Origin: Nostoc sp.
Lineage (GTDB): Bacteria > Cyanobacteriota > Cyanobacteriia > Cyanobacteriales > Nostocaceae
NCBI GenBank assembly: GCA_036918135.1
Contig: JBALDB010000051.1
Span: forward strand, 187,614 to 251,613
Direction of reading: 5' to 3'
DNA length: 64,000 nt
Below the pieces are notes generated by a model. That model did no database searches. It saw only the letters and a list, made by a program, of their open reading frames with translations, and had not been told where the DNA came from. This document shows, one piece after another, positions 32,536-47,486 of this stretch (its first letter is position 1; the number at the start of each line of letters is the position of its first letter). Made by a program: the position numbers and the translations under genes.

Positions 32536-33585
32536 TTAATTAGTATCGCTCATTGCCAAAACTTTACGTGGTTCAAGTTTGAGCAACCCATTCAATAACG
32601 ATGCCGGACGTTGCTTGTAAGGCCAAGCAAAAGCATGACGAAAAGCTGCATCCTGACAAGCTTGGAGTTGTTCAAAACTAATAATGTTGTAAGTCAAGAG
32701 ATTTTCATATTCCCAAGGCAAACGCACATTGTGTAAACCAGCATTATCAGTACAAATAGCGATATCGACACCAGCATCAAAACAACGGTCAAAAACTAAT
32801 TTTAGTTGACGTATATCCTGTAAAGTACCAGTTTTCAAGTAAGTTGTCGGGCAAACCTCCAAACACTGCCCGCGTCTAGCTACATCGTTAAGTAACTCTG
32901 GATACAATAAAGGAATTTGGATGCCATGACCGATTCGCATCAAATAGGGTAAGAGTTGGGGATAACAACCAGCAGTAGTTTCAAACAGATGTCCTGTAGT
33001 GTTAACGTCGAGCGATCGCGCATAATCATATAGACTAATCCACTCTTCGAGGCGATCGGCATAATAGGTATCACCACCGGCTACATCTACTCCACAGATA
33101 TACTGCTTATTTTGCGCCGCCAAATCAACAATCGCTTTGTTCACCTCATAGGGCAAACGTGTGTGCATACAAAGAATTTGGCTAGTAACAATCGGATATT
33201 CTGGCAGTTGGCTAGCTTGTCCTACTACTTGCACAATTTCTGTCATCTTGTCAATTCTTTCTGATTGACTCAGATGCTCAGGTGTTCGTAAATAAGGAGT
33301 GTAACGCAGTTCCAGATAAGCCAAATTTTCAAAAATGTAAGCACCTCGCACCAAACGATAGATAAAGTAAGGCAAAGTTTCCACAGTTTGCACACTTTCT
33401 ACCAAGGTGTGCAATTCTAGATACTCATCTAAGGTATTGCGTGGGCGAGTGTAAAAATCTTCAAATTCTGAATAGTCGGCAAAGCGGGAAATCAACTCCG
33501 AAGAATGTCGCTCAAAATATCGCCACAAAACTCGTGGTACGACCGAACCGCCCAGGTGTCTATGTAATTCAGCATATAAAGACAT
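32536..33585 (-). CDS. add: Adenosine deaminase family protein
   Basis: ELHRHLGGS, RIGHG, EVCPT, TDN. ATG 33585. Confidence 0.82.
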   Translation of the reverse strand: MSLYAELHRHLGGSVVPRVLWRYFERHSSELISRFADYSEFEDFYTRPRNTLDEYLELHTLVESVQTVETLPYFIYRLVRGAYIFENLAYLELRYTPYLRTPEHLSQSERIDKMTEIVQVVGQASQLPEYPIVTSQILCMHTRLPYEVNKAIVDLAAQNKQYICGVDVAGGDTYYADRLEEWISLYDYARSLDVNTTGHLFETTAGCYPQLLPYLMRIGHGIQIPLLYPELLNDVARRGQCLEVCPTTYLKTGTLQDIRQLKLVFDRCFDAGVDIAICTDNAGLHNVRLPWEYENLLTYNIISFEQLQACQDAAFRHAFAWPYKQRPASLLNGLLKLEPRKVLAMSDTN

Positions 33586-33735
33586 AGTGGTATTTTTAGG
33601 GAAAAATTTCACTAATTGTAACAAAAATATAGAAGAAAAAATCTAGACTCGAAAATTCCTGACTACTGAGGGTTAACTCTCAACAGTCAGCAGCCAATAC
33701 GAAAAGATATGCTTTCTTAAATCAACGGCAGTTCA

Positions 33736-34623
33736 CTAGCTTTCCCGAACCAGCAAAACTGATTTCACAGGACGCTCAACCGGATTTCCTTCCAAATCAA
33801 CCTTCCCGTAAAAGCTTTTGCCATTGTAGTAGAGCGAAGACGAACTCCCTCCATCCAGATTCATCGCTTTATCAGCACCAAGGGTTTTCATCAAATCAGC
33901 TAATGCTGGTAAGGATATCCCATTTGCCGGAACTGAGGGTTTTTGAGCTACCATAACTAAAATAACGCTACCATCACGGGTGATTCCGACGGCAGTTCTG
34001 GCATTGGGTTGGTTGCTGCCAAGTGCATCTCGTTTATTGGCATTATCTACAAAGCCCTCTTGTACTGAGGTGAGTTTTGGTAACAGGCTTGGACCTGCGC
34101 CTATAGCATCAACTAACTGACAACCTGCTGGTGGTGACTGACTGTGTAGGGCAATCGAATAGCTGATAGTTTGCCCACATGAGTAGCGGCGAAATTCTGT
34201 GCGATTAAAAATTTGACTCAGATAAGGTTTTAAATTCGGATTGTTCACCAACCGCTCGTTTTGTTTGGGATCGGCTACCAACTTTCCTTGTAAGACAATA
34301 TAGGATGTAGATTTTTGGTTGGCTGGGTCAAAAAAGCCTGCGTTCAAAACAGCTACCACCCGATACTTCTGGGCAAATTCTTCTACAGTAGCTACCTTCT
34401 GTGATAGTGCAGGAGTTACCAAAAATCTGCTATTAGCTGGAATCAACAGAATATGAGCTATGCTTTGGGGTAAAGTGCGCTCGAAGTAGCGGATAGTTTT
34501 TGGTGGTGAAGATACAATACTCGGTATTGACGGTGTTAAGGAACGCAGATTAAACCACAACACCATTGCAAAACTAATTAATATCAAACTACTAAGTTTG
34601 ATTTTTCTGACTTTTAAACTCAC
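33736..34623 (-). CDS. Phosphodiester glycosidase (NAGPA/DUF2233) family protein
   Basis: NAGFF, ARTAVG, AMNLDGGSSS. Confidence 0.85.
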   Translation of the reverse strand: MSLKVRKIKLSSLILISFAMVLWFNLRSLTPSIPSIVSSPPKTIRYFERTLPQSIAHILLIPANSRFLVTPALSQKVATVEEFAQKYRVVAVLNAGFFDPANQKSTSYIVLQGKLVADPKQNERLVNNPNLKPYLSQIFNRTEFRRYSCGQTISYSIALHSQSPPAGCQLVDAIGAGPSLLPKLTSVQEGFVDNANKRDALGSNQPNARTAVGITRDGSVILVMVAQKPSVPANGISLPALADLMKTLGADKAMNLDGGSSSSLYYNGKSFYGKVDLEGNPVERPVKSVLLVRES

Positions 34624-35569
34624 TTGCGCTTAGCTCAAATAAAGTTGATTTAATAGTATTTTGACAATGTCTGTAAAATCTTAGCAGAAAAATACCTTCA
34701 CAGTTTTGCCTGTTGGTTACTACCTAATGAACTAGAAAAAATCAAGTTTTCTAAACTGAATTAAGGTAGAACTAATTAAAAGCTCTTTTCTATACAGCTT
34801 CATATAGGATTAGTATTTGATTTGTGAAAAAGCTCCGAATATTTGAAGAGTGGCAAAATCACTCATTTGTGTTGAAGAAACTACTCAAATATCCATTTGA
34901 GATTAGAGAACGAAGGAATCAAAGCACAGAAATGCCGCACCCAGGTTTTAGCTTGTAACCAAATATCCTCAATTAGATTTTCTGATGGGCAATTAGTGCC
35001 AAAGCGAACGCAATGAATTTTCCATTGCTCTTAAGACAAACCAAGGTTAATCTCGTTTAAAAAGTTTTAGTTAAAAGTAAAAATGCTGTTAGTTCTGATA
35101 TTAACGCTTGGTTTAGCTGGGCGAGAAAGCAGAGGATTGTGCTGGCGATGTCAAGTGGGGTTGTATATACGGCGGAGGGTGAGACTGTGGCGGTTGCTCT
35201 AGATGATGCACAGATGCCCTTTGAAAGAGTGAAACTATCAAAAATTCATCAACAAACTACAAGAGCAAAATTTCTGCACTCTTTGGTTGCAATTCTTTGT
35301 GGAAAGTTAGTTAAGTGGCATAGGTAGTAATCAAACTTAGTATTTTTATTAACACAATGTTACTTGTATATTTAGCTACAAAATTATTGATTTAGTTAAG
35401 TGGAAAGGTAGGAAAAGTAGGAAAAGTAAGACGTTTTAGTGAAACTCTTGATTATGTTGTTGATAAGCTGTAATTTAATGCATAGTAAATATTTGGCAAG
35501 AGTAACTTGTGAATTTTTCGATTACTAGAAGTAATTTCATTTATCAAAGATTAACAGCAAATGTCAAAT

Positions 35570-35878
35570 TATAGCGGTTCCCACTTAGATACGGCATAAC
35601 ATTATATCGCTAGGTGTACGGGCACGGCAGTGCCCATTGCTATCAACTTAAGCCCAAACTCCTTTAAAACCTCGTTTCTAGCCATATGCTGAAAATGCTA
35701 TTCTTGTGGCAAAGCCGCAAGTTAAGAGGCAGACCCTCTGATTAGGTGTTTTCAGTCAGAGACTGGAAACGAGACACTCTCTAAAAGCTGCTTATAGACT
35801 GGTTTTCACGTTAAGTTGACACCAGTAGATACTGCTGTACCCGTACGGATGTACCTCACGTAAACAAGAACCGCTATA
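35570..35878. mobile_element. Composite MITE with four nested inverted-repeat pairs upstream of geoA
   Basis: Outer perfect inverted repeat TATAGCGGTTC / GAACCGCTATA; inner pairs listed in findings. Confidence 0.65.
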
Positions 35879-35879
35879 A

Positions 35880-38288
<2,409 letters not shown>

Positions 38289-38353
38289 CTCAATCTGAGT
38301 CCCTATTCCGATCGAATAACTTGTCAACAAACTATTACTAATGGAGATTAATC

Positions 38354-39763
38354 ATGACTAATGCAGCAAACACTTCTATAGAAAATCAAATTGAGCAATT
38401 GCCAATGAGTTTGCAGACCGAAGCAGCGCGTAATTTGGCAACAACCACCAAAACCCAACCCCAGATGCAGGGAATTACCTCACGGTGGCTCTTAAAACTG
38501 CTGCCTTGGGTAGAAGCAGTGGGTGGTAGCTTTCGGGTCAACCGTCGCTTAACCTATACGGTTGGGGATGGACGGGTTACCTTTACCAATACAGGAGCGC
38601 AAATACAGGTCATTCCTGAAGAACTCCGTGAGTTACCTTTGTTGCGGGGATTTGAAGATGTTGAGGTTTTAAACGCCTTGGCTAGTCAATTTGTGCAACA
38701 AGAATTTGCTGCTGGTGATGTCATCATCCGAGAAGGTCAACCAGCCGATAGCGTCTTACTGATTGCTCATGGTAAGGTTAATAAAATTGGCGCAGGTAAG
38801 TTTGACGATCGCGTTGTTTTGAGTGTATTAGCCGATGGTGACCATTTTGGCGACTACGCTTTAGTGGAATCTCAAGATACTTGGGATGTTACCCTCACTG
38901 CCATTACCCGTTGCACGATCTTATCTCTGCCTCAAGCAGCCTTTCAAAACCTGGTTAACCAATCTGAGGCGTTACAAACGCAAGTTGATCGATTCAGAGA
39001 AAAATTGCGCCACCCCCAAAACCATTACGGAGAAGCTGACATCGAGATTACCTCAGGACACCTTGCGGAGGCACTATTACCTGGAACTTTTGCAGATTAT
39101 GAACTCAATCCACGGGAATATGAGTTAAGCGTCGCTCAAACCATATTGCAAATCAATACACGGGTTGCTGACCTCTACAACGAACCCATGAATCAGACGG
39201 AAGAGCAATTACGGCTCACCATCGAAGCATTACGGGAACGCCAAGAATACGAAATGGTTAACAATCGTAACTTCGGGCTGTTACACAATGCCGATCTCAA
39301 ACAACGCATCTTTACCCGCAGCGGTCCCCCAACTCCTGACGATCTCGATGAATTGATCTCCATTGTTTGGCAAGAACCGAGCTTTTTCTTAGCTCATCCC
39401 CGTACTATTGCTGCTTTTGGTCGGCAATGCAACCAGCTTGGACTTTATCCCACCCCTATTCCTATGGGTAACAGTGCAATTCCTGCTTGGCGTGGTATTC
39501 CCATCTATCCTTGCAATAAGATTCCCGTTACCAAAGAGCGTACTAGCTCCATCATGTTAATGCGTGTGGGAGCAACCAACCAGGGTGTCATTGGTCTTCA
39601 TAAAACTGGCATTCCTGATGAATATCAACCTAGTTTATCCGTCCGCTTCATGGGCATTAACGAAAAAGCCGTTATTTCCTACCTGGTTAGTGCTTACTAC
39701 TCTACAGCTGTTCTCGTTCCTGATGCACTAGGCATCCTTGAAGATGTAGAAATTGGTCTCTAA
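38354..39763 (+). CDS. Family 2B encapsulin shell protein with cNMP-binding domain (historically 'cnb'), copy A
   Basis: [22 protein letters not shown], inserted cNMP-binding domain, [28 protein letters not shown]. Confidence 0.88.
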   Translation: MTNAANTSIENQIEQLPMSLQTEAARNLATTTKTQPQMQGITSRWLLKLLPWVEAVGGSFRVNRRLTYTVGDGRVTFTNTGAQIQVIPEELRELPLLRGFEDVEVLNALASQFVQQEFAAGDVIIREGQPADSVLLIAHGKVNKIGAGKFDDRVVLSVLADGDHFGDYALVESQDTWDVTLTAITRCTILSLPQAAFQNLVNQSEALQTQVDRFREKLRHPQNHYGEADIEITSGHLAEALLPGTFADYELNPREYELSVAQTILQINTRVADLYNEPMNQTEEQLRLTIEALRERQEYEMVNNRNFGLLHNADLKQRIFTRSGPPTPDDLDELISIVWQEPSFFLAHPRTIAAFGRQCNQLGLYPTPIPMGNSAIPAWRGIPIYPCNKIPVTKERTSSIMLMRVGATNQGVIGLHKTGIPDEYQPSLSVRFMGINEKAVISYLVSAYYSTAVLVPDALGILEDVEIGL

Positions 39764-40189
39764 GTAGGGCGGGAATAGGGAACAGAGAATAGTCTAAAAA
39801 CCTTGAGGTATGAGAACTTTACAGTTATTCAGCAGCTGATTTTTCACGTCATCTGGAAAAAGGGACAGGGTGTGGGATATGGTAAGACTTTTATGATTTC
39901 CCCTACACCTTACCCCCTACACCTAGCATCGACGAGGGTCTTAAGACTTCCCGTGAAAAGTCAGATTCAGCAGACCCTAAATAATTAGACATCCTTGTTT
40001 AAAGTAGCGGTGAACAGTCATATGCCTCCTGCCTCGCCACGCTGCGCGAACGCCCCTACCCCTGAATCCTCTCTGTTAGGAGCGTCTGATGGGGCGCTGT
40101 CACCTGCATAAATCAGACACTTCTTCCCCCACTCCCCACTCCCTATATTTCTTGAAAATGTAAATTTAGTTGCGTGAAACGTTAACTCT

Positions 40190-41599
40190 ATGACAGATGC
40201 TTTGATTAGATCAGATTTATATCAAGAAAACGGGCGACCGCAAATGAGCTTAAGCACGAAAGCGGCGCGAAATTTAGCCAAAACCACGAAAACTCAGCCC
40301 CAGATGCAGGGTATTACCCCCAGGTGGTTGTTACAGATGTTGTCTTGGGTACAAATTACGGGTGGGGCTTATCGGGTTAACCGTCGCTTGACCTATGATG
40401 TTGGTAATGGACGGGTCAGCTTTACGAATACAGGGACTCAGGTGCGGGTCATTCCTCAAGCACTTTGCGAACTATCTTTACTGCGTGGGTTTGAGGATGC
40501 TGAGGTACTCAATGCTTTGGCAGACCGCTTTGTGCAACAAGAATTTGCCGCAGGTGAGGTAATTGTACAGGAAGGTCAAAGTGCCGATCGCGTGTTCTTA
40601 ATTGCTCATGGTAAAGTTAATAAGCTCAAAGCAGGAAAATATGAGGCGGAAGCTTTACGGGATATCTTAGCTGACGGCGATTGTTTTGGTGGCGAAGCTA
40701 TAGTTTTATCTCAGGACACTTGGGAAGTTAGCCTCAGAGCTGTTACGCGCTGCATAATTTTGTCTTTGCCAGTACAGGCGTTTCGGGAGTTGATGAACCA
40801 ATCCCAAGCGTTGCAGACTCAGGTCGATCGCTTTAGAGCTATGTTGAATAAGCCCCAGGATAGGTATAATCAAGCCGAGATCCTTCTGTCCGCAGGTCAT
40901 AGTCAGGAGACTGAGTTACCCAGAACATTTGCTAATTACGACTTGCATCCACGGGAGTATGAGTTAAGCGTCGCCCAAACCATTTTACGGGTGAATACGC
41001 GAGTTGCTGACCTCTACAACGAACCCATGAACCAGACAGAGCAACAATTACGGCTGACTATCGAAGCGTTGCGGGAACGGCAAGAATACGAAATGCTGAA
41101 TAATCCTGATTTCGGGTTGTTGCACAATGCCGATCTCAAGCAACGCATCTATACGCGCAGCGGCCCACCGACTCCAGATGATTTTGATGAATTGCTTTCT
41201 CGGCGGCGCAAAACCCATTTTTTTCTAGCTCACCCTCGCGCGATCGCAGCTTTTGGTCGGGAGTGTAACCGTCGTGGAATCTATTCCCCAAGCACGGAGG
41301 TCAATGGAAAGATTGTACCTGCATGGCGCAACTATCCGATTTTTCCTTGTAACAAAATTCCAATCGCCAAGGATAGTACTAGTTCTATTTTGGCACTCCG
41401 TGTCGGAGAAGAAAACCAAGGGGTGATAGGTCTACACAAAACGGGTATCCCTGATGAATACCAGCCCAGTTTGTCTGTGCGGTTTATGGGTATCAATGAC
41501 AAGGCGATCGTTTCCTACTTAGTAAGTGCTTACTACTCTGCTGCCATACTTATCCCCGACGCACTCGGCATTCTTGAAAATGTCGAAATCGGGCGCTGA
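40190..41599 (+). CDS. Family 2B encapsulin shell protein with cNMP-binding domain, copy B
   Basis: Paralog of copy A, also 469 aa, with the same motifs. Confidence 0.88.
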   Translation: MTDALIRSDLYQENGRPQMSLSTKAARNLAKTTKTQPQMQGITPRWLLQMLSWVQITGGAYRVNRRLTYDVGNGRVSFTNTGTQVRVIPQALCELSLLRGFEDAEVLNALADRFVQQEFAAGEVIVQEGQSADRVFLIAHGKVNKLKAGKYEAEALRDILADGDCFGGEAIVLSQDTWEVSLRAVTRCIILSLPVQAFRELMNQSQALQTQVDRFRAMLNKPQDRYNQAEILLSAGHSQETELPRTFANYDLHPREYELSVAQTILRVNTRVADLYNEPMNQTEQQLRLTIEALRERQEYEMLNNPDFGLLHNADLKQRIYTRSGPPTPDDFDELLSRRRKTHFFLAHPRAIAAFGRECNRRGIYSPSTEVNGKIVPAWRNYPIFPCNKIPIAKDSTSSILALRVGEENQGVIGLHKTGIPDEYQPSLSVRFMGINDKAIVSYLVSAYYSAAILIPDALGILENVEIGR

Positions 41600-41708
41600 A
41601 TAAAATATTGTCGTGACAAATTGCTGTCCTTGTATATGTCTGGTTTAAGAAAAAAGTGGTCAAATTATCTGTTTAGAGTATGTACTGCTGTTGTTGAATT
41701 TGAGCAAG

Positions 41709-42482
41709 CTATCTGCAATCAGCAAACCCAAGCGTAACCGAAGGTGTTTCCCTAGATGTTAACGCGGGTAAGTACACCCTAATTTGAGTACCTCTAGTTA
41801 CCTGGCTGCATACATTGACAAAACCACCGTGATTCTTAATAATAACCAGCACCGTGGAAAGTCCTAAACCTGTACCTTTGCTTGCGTCTTTGGTAGAAAA
41901 AAATGGTTCAAAAATCCGTTGCTGAACTTCCGATGACATAGCCATACCACTATCAGTGACCACGATCGCAATATAAGAACCCATTTTGGCATCAATATTA
42001 ATTTGGGGACAATGTTGGCTAATTACGACATTTTCCGCAACAATCCTCAAGATACCACCATCGGGCATGGCGTCACGGGCATTGACTACTAAGTTCATTA
42101 GCACTTGATGCAGTTGAGTTGCGTCTCCCCAAATGTGCCAGAGATTTTCAGGAATATCTATCTGACAGATAATAGATTTGGGAAATGTTTGAGCGATTAT
42201 TTGCTCAATTTCTGCCATTAAAGGCTGAACTTGGACAATTGTTAGTTTAGTCTCAATACCGCGTGCAAAGGTTAAGATTTGCTTGAGTAAATTAACACCA
42301 CGTTTAACATTATTTTCTAAGGTTTGTAGTAATTTCTGGCTTTGAGCGTTGGGAAATTTTTTCTCCAAGAACTGAACTGACATTAAAATTGGCGATAGTA
42401 GATTGTTGAGGTCATAGACGATACTGCTAGTTAGAGTACCGATACTCTCCAAACGTTGCGATCGCCAAAGTTGAGCTTCTAA
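41709..42482 (-). pseudogene. Sensorless histidine kinase remnant (HisKA-HATPase) with the phospho-His replaced by Tyr
   Basis: LEAQLWRSQRLESIGTLTSSIVYDLNN (usually IAHDLNN), NLVVNARDAM, FFSTK, GTGLGL. Homology continues upstream of the TTG at 42452, with no ATG before an in-frame stop. Confidence 0.6.
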
Positions 42483-42919
42483 ATTATTAGAAACTAAACC
42501 GCCAGTTTTTAATATAAATTAATTTTTTAGATGACTCTATATCATTAATTTAAATAAATCATATTTGCTACCCTTGTGGTGACAAAGATGTACTCATGTT
42601 CGCGTTTATAAAGTAATATTATATGCGCTCAAATATACAGTTATTGTAAGTTATTTGGCGGAGATTATATAACAATCTAAATAATATGCAATTTTTACGT
42701 GGAACAGCTTAAAACAAATGCTAGGCTATTACGCCTTTAAATTACACAATCACTTGGCTTTGTTCGTTGAGTGCTGACGATTAACACTCAATACTCAGCA
42801 GTCACCACGAAAAAATGTGCTGCGTTAGATGCAAGACCAGCTTATATTGTTTAGCAAAAGCTTGACACAATTTCCAAAGTGTGTTGATAATTATAGTTTG
42901 TGGAAACTTTAGCTTTTAA

Positions 42920-44278
<1,359 letters not shown>

Positions 44279-44361
44279 ATTGGTCATTAGTAAATCACAA
44301 ATGACCAATGACAAATGACAAATGACAACCGATAACTGACAACTGACAAAGGACAACTTAT

Positions 44362-44970
44362 ATGGCTATTACAGTCGAATGTCAAAAGCGACCAGAAGGT
44401 AGCAAACCCAAAGCTTTGCGCCGTTCTGGAGAAATCCCGGCAAATTTGTATGGTCACAAAGGTACAGAATCAATTTCTTTGACCATTAATGCCAAAACCG
44501 TCGAACAATTACTCAAAAAAGCTTCAGTTAACAATACTTTGCTTGATTTAAACATTACTGATGTACCTTGGCGGGGCAAAGCCTTGCTGCGAGAACTTCA
44601 AATTCATCCAGCGAAAGGTACACCTTACCACCTGAGCTTTTTTGCAGTTGCGGGTCACGGTGACACTACTGTAGAAGTACCACTGCGTTTTGTGGGAAAT
44701 CCTGTTGGTGTTAAACAAGAGGGTGGTGTGTTAGACACCGTTGTTACCGAGTTGCAAGTGACTTGTGCGCCTGAGAACATCCCAGAAGTGATTGAAATTG
44801 ATGTCTCTGAACTTAAAATTGGAGACAAATTACATATCAGCGATCTATCTCTTCCTCAAGGTGTAACACCTTTAGCTGAGTCAGAGCGAGTTCTTGTTGG
44901 CGTTCTGCCACCACAAATTGATGTTGCTGCTGAGGAAGAGAGTGAAGCAGAAGCAGAAGCAGATTCTTAA
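44362..44970 (+). CDS. rplY: 50S ribosomal protein L25 / general stress protein Ctc
   Basis: [21 protein letters not shown], acidic tail. Confidence 0.93.
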   Translation: MAITVECQKRPEGSKPKALRRSGEIPANLYGHKGTESISLTINAKTVEQLLKKASVNNTLLDLNITDVPWRGKALLRELQIHPAKGTPYHLSFFAVAGHGDTTVEVPLRFVGNPVGVKQEGGVLDTVVTELQVTCAPENIPEVIEIDVSELKIGDKLHISDLSLPQGVTPLAESERVLVGVLPPQIDVAAEEESEAEAEADS

Positions 44971-44995
44971 GCTACAAGAGTGGTAAATGCTGACT

Positions 44996-45130
44996 GATGA
45001 CCAAAACAGGGTGTAGAGTGTGGGATGTGGGGGAAAAGGAGGTGTGGGGAGTGTGGGAGGAAAAGGAGGATGGGGAAGAAATTTTGCCCTCCTCTCTCCC
45101 CACACTTCCCACACTCCCCACACTCCCCTC
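44996..45130 (+). repeat. G-rich/C-rich foldback repeat element, copy 1
   Basis: GTGTGGG-rich arm, AAATTTTGCCCTCCTCTCTCCCCACAC core, CCCACACT arm. Confidence 0.75.
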
Positions 45131-45189
45131 TTTCCTCTGCTCCCTACTCCGAACTCAACTGATAAACATATGTAATAATTTTTAATGTC

Positions 45190-45214
45190 ACCAGGGGGAA
45201 ACTCCTGGTTTTTT
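45190..45214 (+). terminator. Rho-independent terminator after rplY
   Basis: ACCAGGGG-GAAA-CTCCTGGT followed by a T tract. Confidence 0.65.
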
Positions 45215-45239
45215 ATATTGGAAGCGCAGAGGCTAACAG

Positions 45240-46784
45240 ATGACAGAGCTAACTCTTCCAGCTTTTATTGAACAAATGTTGCAGCCGGGATTTTATCCCC
45301 ATAAAGTAACAGAACCCATTGAACTCATTCAAACTCACATTTCTTATGTATTGTTGACTGGGGATTACACTTATAAGCTGAAAAAATCAGTTAATTTCGG
45401 GTTTTTGGACTTTTCGACTTTAGAGAAACGGCAGCATTTTTGTCAGGAAGAGTTACGTTTGAATCAACGAGGAGCAGGTGAACTATATTTAGAAGTTTTG
45501 CCGATAACTCTAGCAGGGGAGCAATACCAGTTAGGGGGAACAACAGAGGCGGTAGAATATGTGCTGAAAATGCGTCAGTTTCCCCAAGAGTCGCTATTAA
45601 GCTTACTTTTTGAACAGGGTAAGTTAAATGAGACACACTTAGATGATTTGGGACAGGTGGTGGCTCAATATCATGCCAAAGCTCAGACGAATGATTATAT
45701 TCGCGGTTTTGGTGAAGTGCCAAATGTCCGAGCTGCATTTAATGAGAATTATCAGCAAACTGAAAAATATATCGGTGGTCCCCAAACTCAGGCACAATTT
45801 AGAGAAACCAAGGAATATACAGATAAGTTTTTTGCCGAACGTTCAGAATTATTTGCTAGCAGAATTCACAACGACTATATTCGTGAATGTCACGGGGATT
45901 TACACCTGAAAAATATTGCTTTGTGGCACGATAAAATCTTGCTGTTTGATTGTATTGAGTTTAATGAACTGTTTCGTTTTGTCGATGTGATGTATGATGT
46001 GGCATTCACTGTAATGGATTTGGAAGCCGGAGGGCGCAAAGACTTGGGTAATGTGTTTTTGAATACTTACATTGAGCAAACTGGAGATTGGGAAGGTTTA
46101 CAGGTGCTAACTTTGTATTTAAGTCGTCAAGCTTACGTGCGAGCCAAGGTAACTTCATTTTTGCTCGACGATGCAAGTGTACCCAGGAAAGTGAAGGAAG
46201 AAGCCATAAAAACTGCCACTGACTATTACAAACAAGCCTGGGAGTATACTAAACCAAAACAGGGACAATTAATTATGATGTCTGGGTTGTCTGGTTCTGG
46301 TAAAAGTACAACCGCAAGACTTTTAGCTCGTCAACTAGGAGCGATTCACCTTCGTTCCGATGCAGTGCGAAAGCATTTAGGGGGAATTCCTCTGTGGGAA
46401 AAGGGTGGTGATAATTTGTATACACCTGAAATGACTGAGAAAACTTACACGCGCTTGTTATCATTAGGAATTGTACTGGCTAATCAAGGTTATGCTGTAA
46501 TTTTGGATGCTAAATATGATAAACAACACTTACGGCAAGAAGCGATCGCCCAAGCTACAAAACAGCAACTTCCGCTCCAGATTATCCAATGTACGGCACC
46601 GCTAGAAGTGTTACAAGAGCGTTTGAACAATCGTACTGGTGATATTGCTGATGCTACTGCTGATTTATTAGACTCACAACTCAAACAAGCAGAACCCTTC
46701 ACACAAGCAGAACAATCTTACGTAAAGATTTTAGATACAACTCAACCACAACAGGCACAATTAAAAGCAGTAATTCCCCAATAG
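45240..46784 (+). CDS. Aminoglycoside phosphotransferase-like domain fused to a P-loop kinase (AAA_33)
   Basis: QTHIS, RECHGDLHL, FDCIEFN; GLSGSGKST Walker A, RSDAVRK. Confidence 0.85.
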   Translation: MTELTLPAFIEQMLQPGFYPHKVTEPIELIQTHISYVLLTGDYTYKLKKSVNFGFLDFSTLEKRQHFCQEELRLNQRGAGELYLEVLPITLAGEQYQLGGTTEAVEYVLKMRQFPQESLLSLLFEQGKLNETHLDDLGQVVAQYHAKAQTNDYIRGFGEVPNVRAAFNENYQQTEKYIGGPQTQAQFRETKEYTDKFFAERSELFASRIHNDYIRECHGDLHLKNIALWHDKILLFDCIEFNELFRFVDVMYDVAFTVMDLEAGGRKDLGNVFLNTYIEQTGDWEGLQVLTLYLSRQAYVRAKVTSFLLDDASVPRKVKEEAIKTATDYYKQAWEYTKPKQGQLIMMSGLSGSGKSTTARLLARQLGAIHLRSDAVRKHLGGIPLWEKGGDNLYTPEMTEKTYTRLLSLGIVLANQGYAVILDAKYDKQHLRQEAIAQATKQQLPLQIIQCTAPLEVLQERLNNRTGDIADATADLLDSQLKQAEPFTQAEQSYVKILDTTQPQQAQLKAVIPQ

Positions 46785-46796
46785 CTTTTTGATTTT

Positions 46797-47300
46797 ATGG
46801 CAGACAAAAAAAACAATTTTTTTACTATTTCTTCCACCTTCTTTTCTCAACTATTATTTGGGGCATTTTTAATATTTATATTAATTATGACTGGCTCAGG
46901 AGTACCCCTGAGCATCTTCTTAGGAATTTTAGGCGGTTTCGTCTTAACCTGGATTACAAGTGCAACTAATAATAGCCCTCAAGCTCCAACTATAGCCTCC
47001 TCAGATGGCGTCGATACAGGACTGAAATACTGGTTATTTTTCATGCTTGGCTTTGTGTATTTGGGGTATCCTGCACCTATGAGTATCTTGCTGGGTGGAA
47101 TAGCCGCTTTAGGTGGAGGTTGGATTACTGCTTGGTGGGGAAGTAAGGAAGAAACTAAAACTCAATTGCAAGTCGAAGATTTAGAAGAAGCTGAAATCGA
47201 ACAAGCCAACGAAAGGAGCAGTAAACGGCAAAGAAGAAGACCTACTCGTCGTTCCCGTCGTAATTCTGGAAGTATTAATTTCAAGTTTTGGGAAAGGTAG
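46797..47300 (+). CDS. Hypothetical membrane protein
   Basis: Four hydrophobic segments in two similar halves, basic tail. Confidence 0.7.
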   Translation: MADKKNNFFTISSTFFSQLLFGAFLIFILIMTGSGVPLSIFLGILGGFVLTWITSATNNSPQAPTIASSDGVDTGLKYWLFFMLGFVYLGYPAPMSILLGGIAALGGGWITAWWGSKEETKTQLQVEDLEEAEIEQANERSSKRQRRRPTRRSRRNSGSINFKFWER

Positions 47301-47483
47301 TAATGGGGCATGGGGTAAGAGGGGAGTGTGGGAGGTATGGGAGGAGAGGGAAGAAATGCAGGTGTGGGAGGTTTTGGAGGTGTGGGAGGATGGGGAACAA
47401 ATCTTGCCCCCCTCTCTCCCCACACTCCCCCATCTTCCCACACTCCTCACACTCCCTCATCTCCCTCATCTCCCCATCTCCCC
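47301..47483 (+). repeat. G-rich/C-rich foldback repeat element, copy 2
   Basis: Core AAATCTTGCCCCCCTCTCTCCCCACAC. Confidence 0.75.
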
Positions 47484-47486
47484 AAT

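Noticed and set aside
35139..35327. 62-aa ORF upstream of geoA
   Set aside because: GTG start, no recognisable motif, and no supporting signal.
38354..41599. CRP/FNR transcription factors
   Set aside because: No C-terminal helix-turn-helix; the cNMP domain is embedded in encapsulin shell sequence.
47328..47486. Gly/Pro-rich N-terminal extension of the YdcF protein
   Set aside because: It is the translation of the foldback repeat; the family-like sequence starts at ATG 47487.
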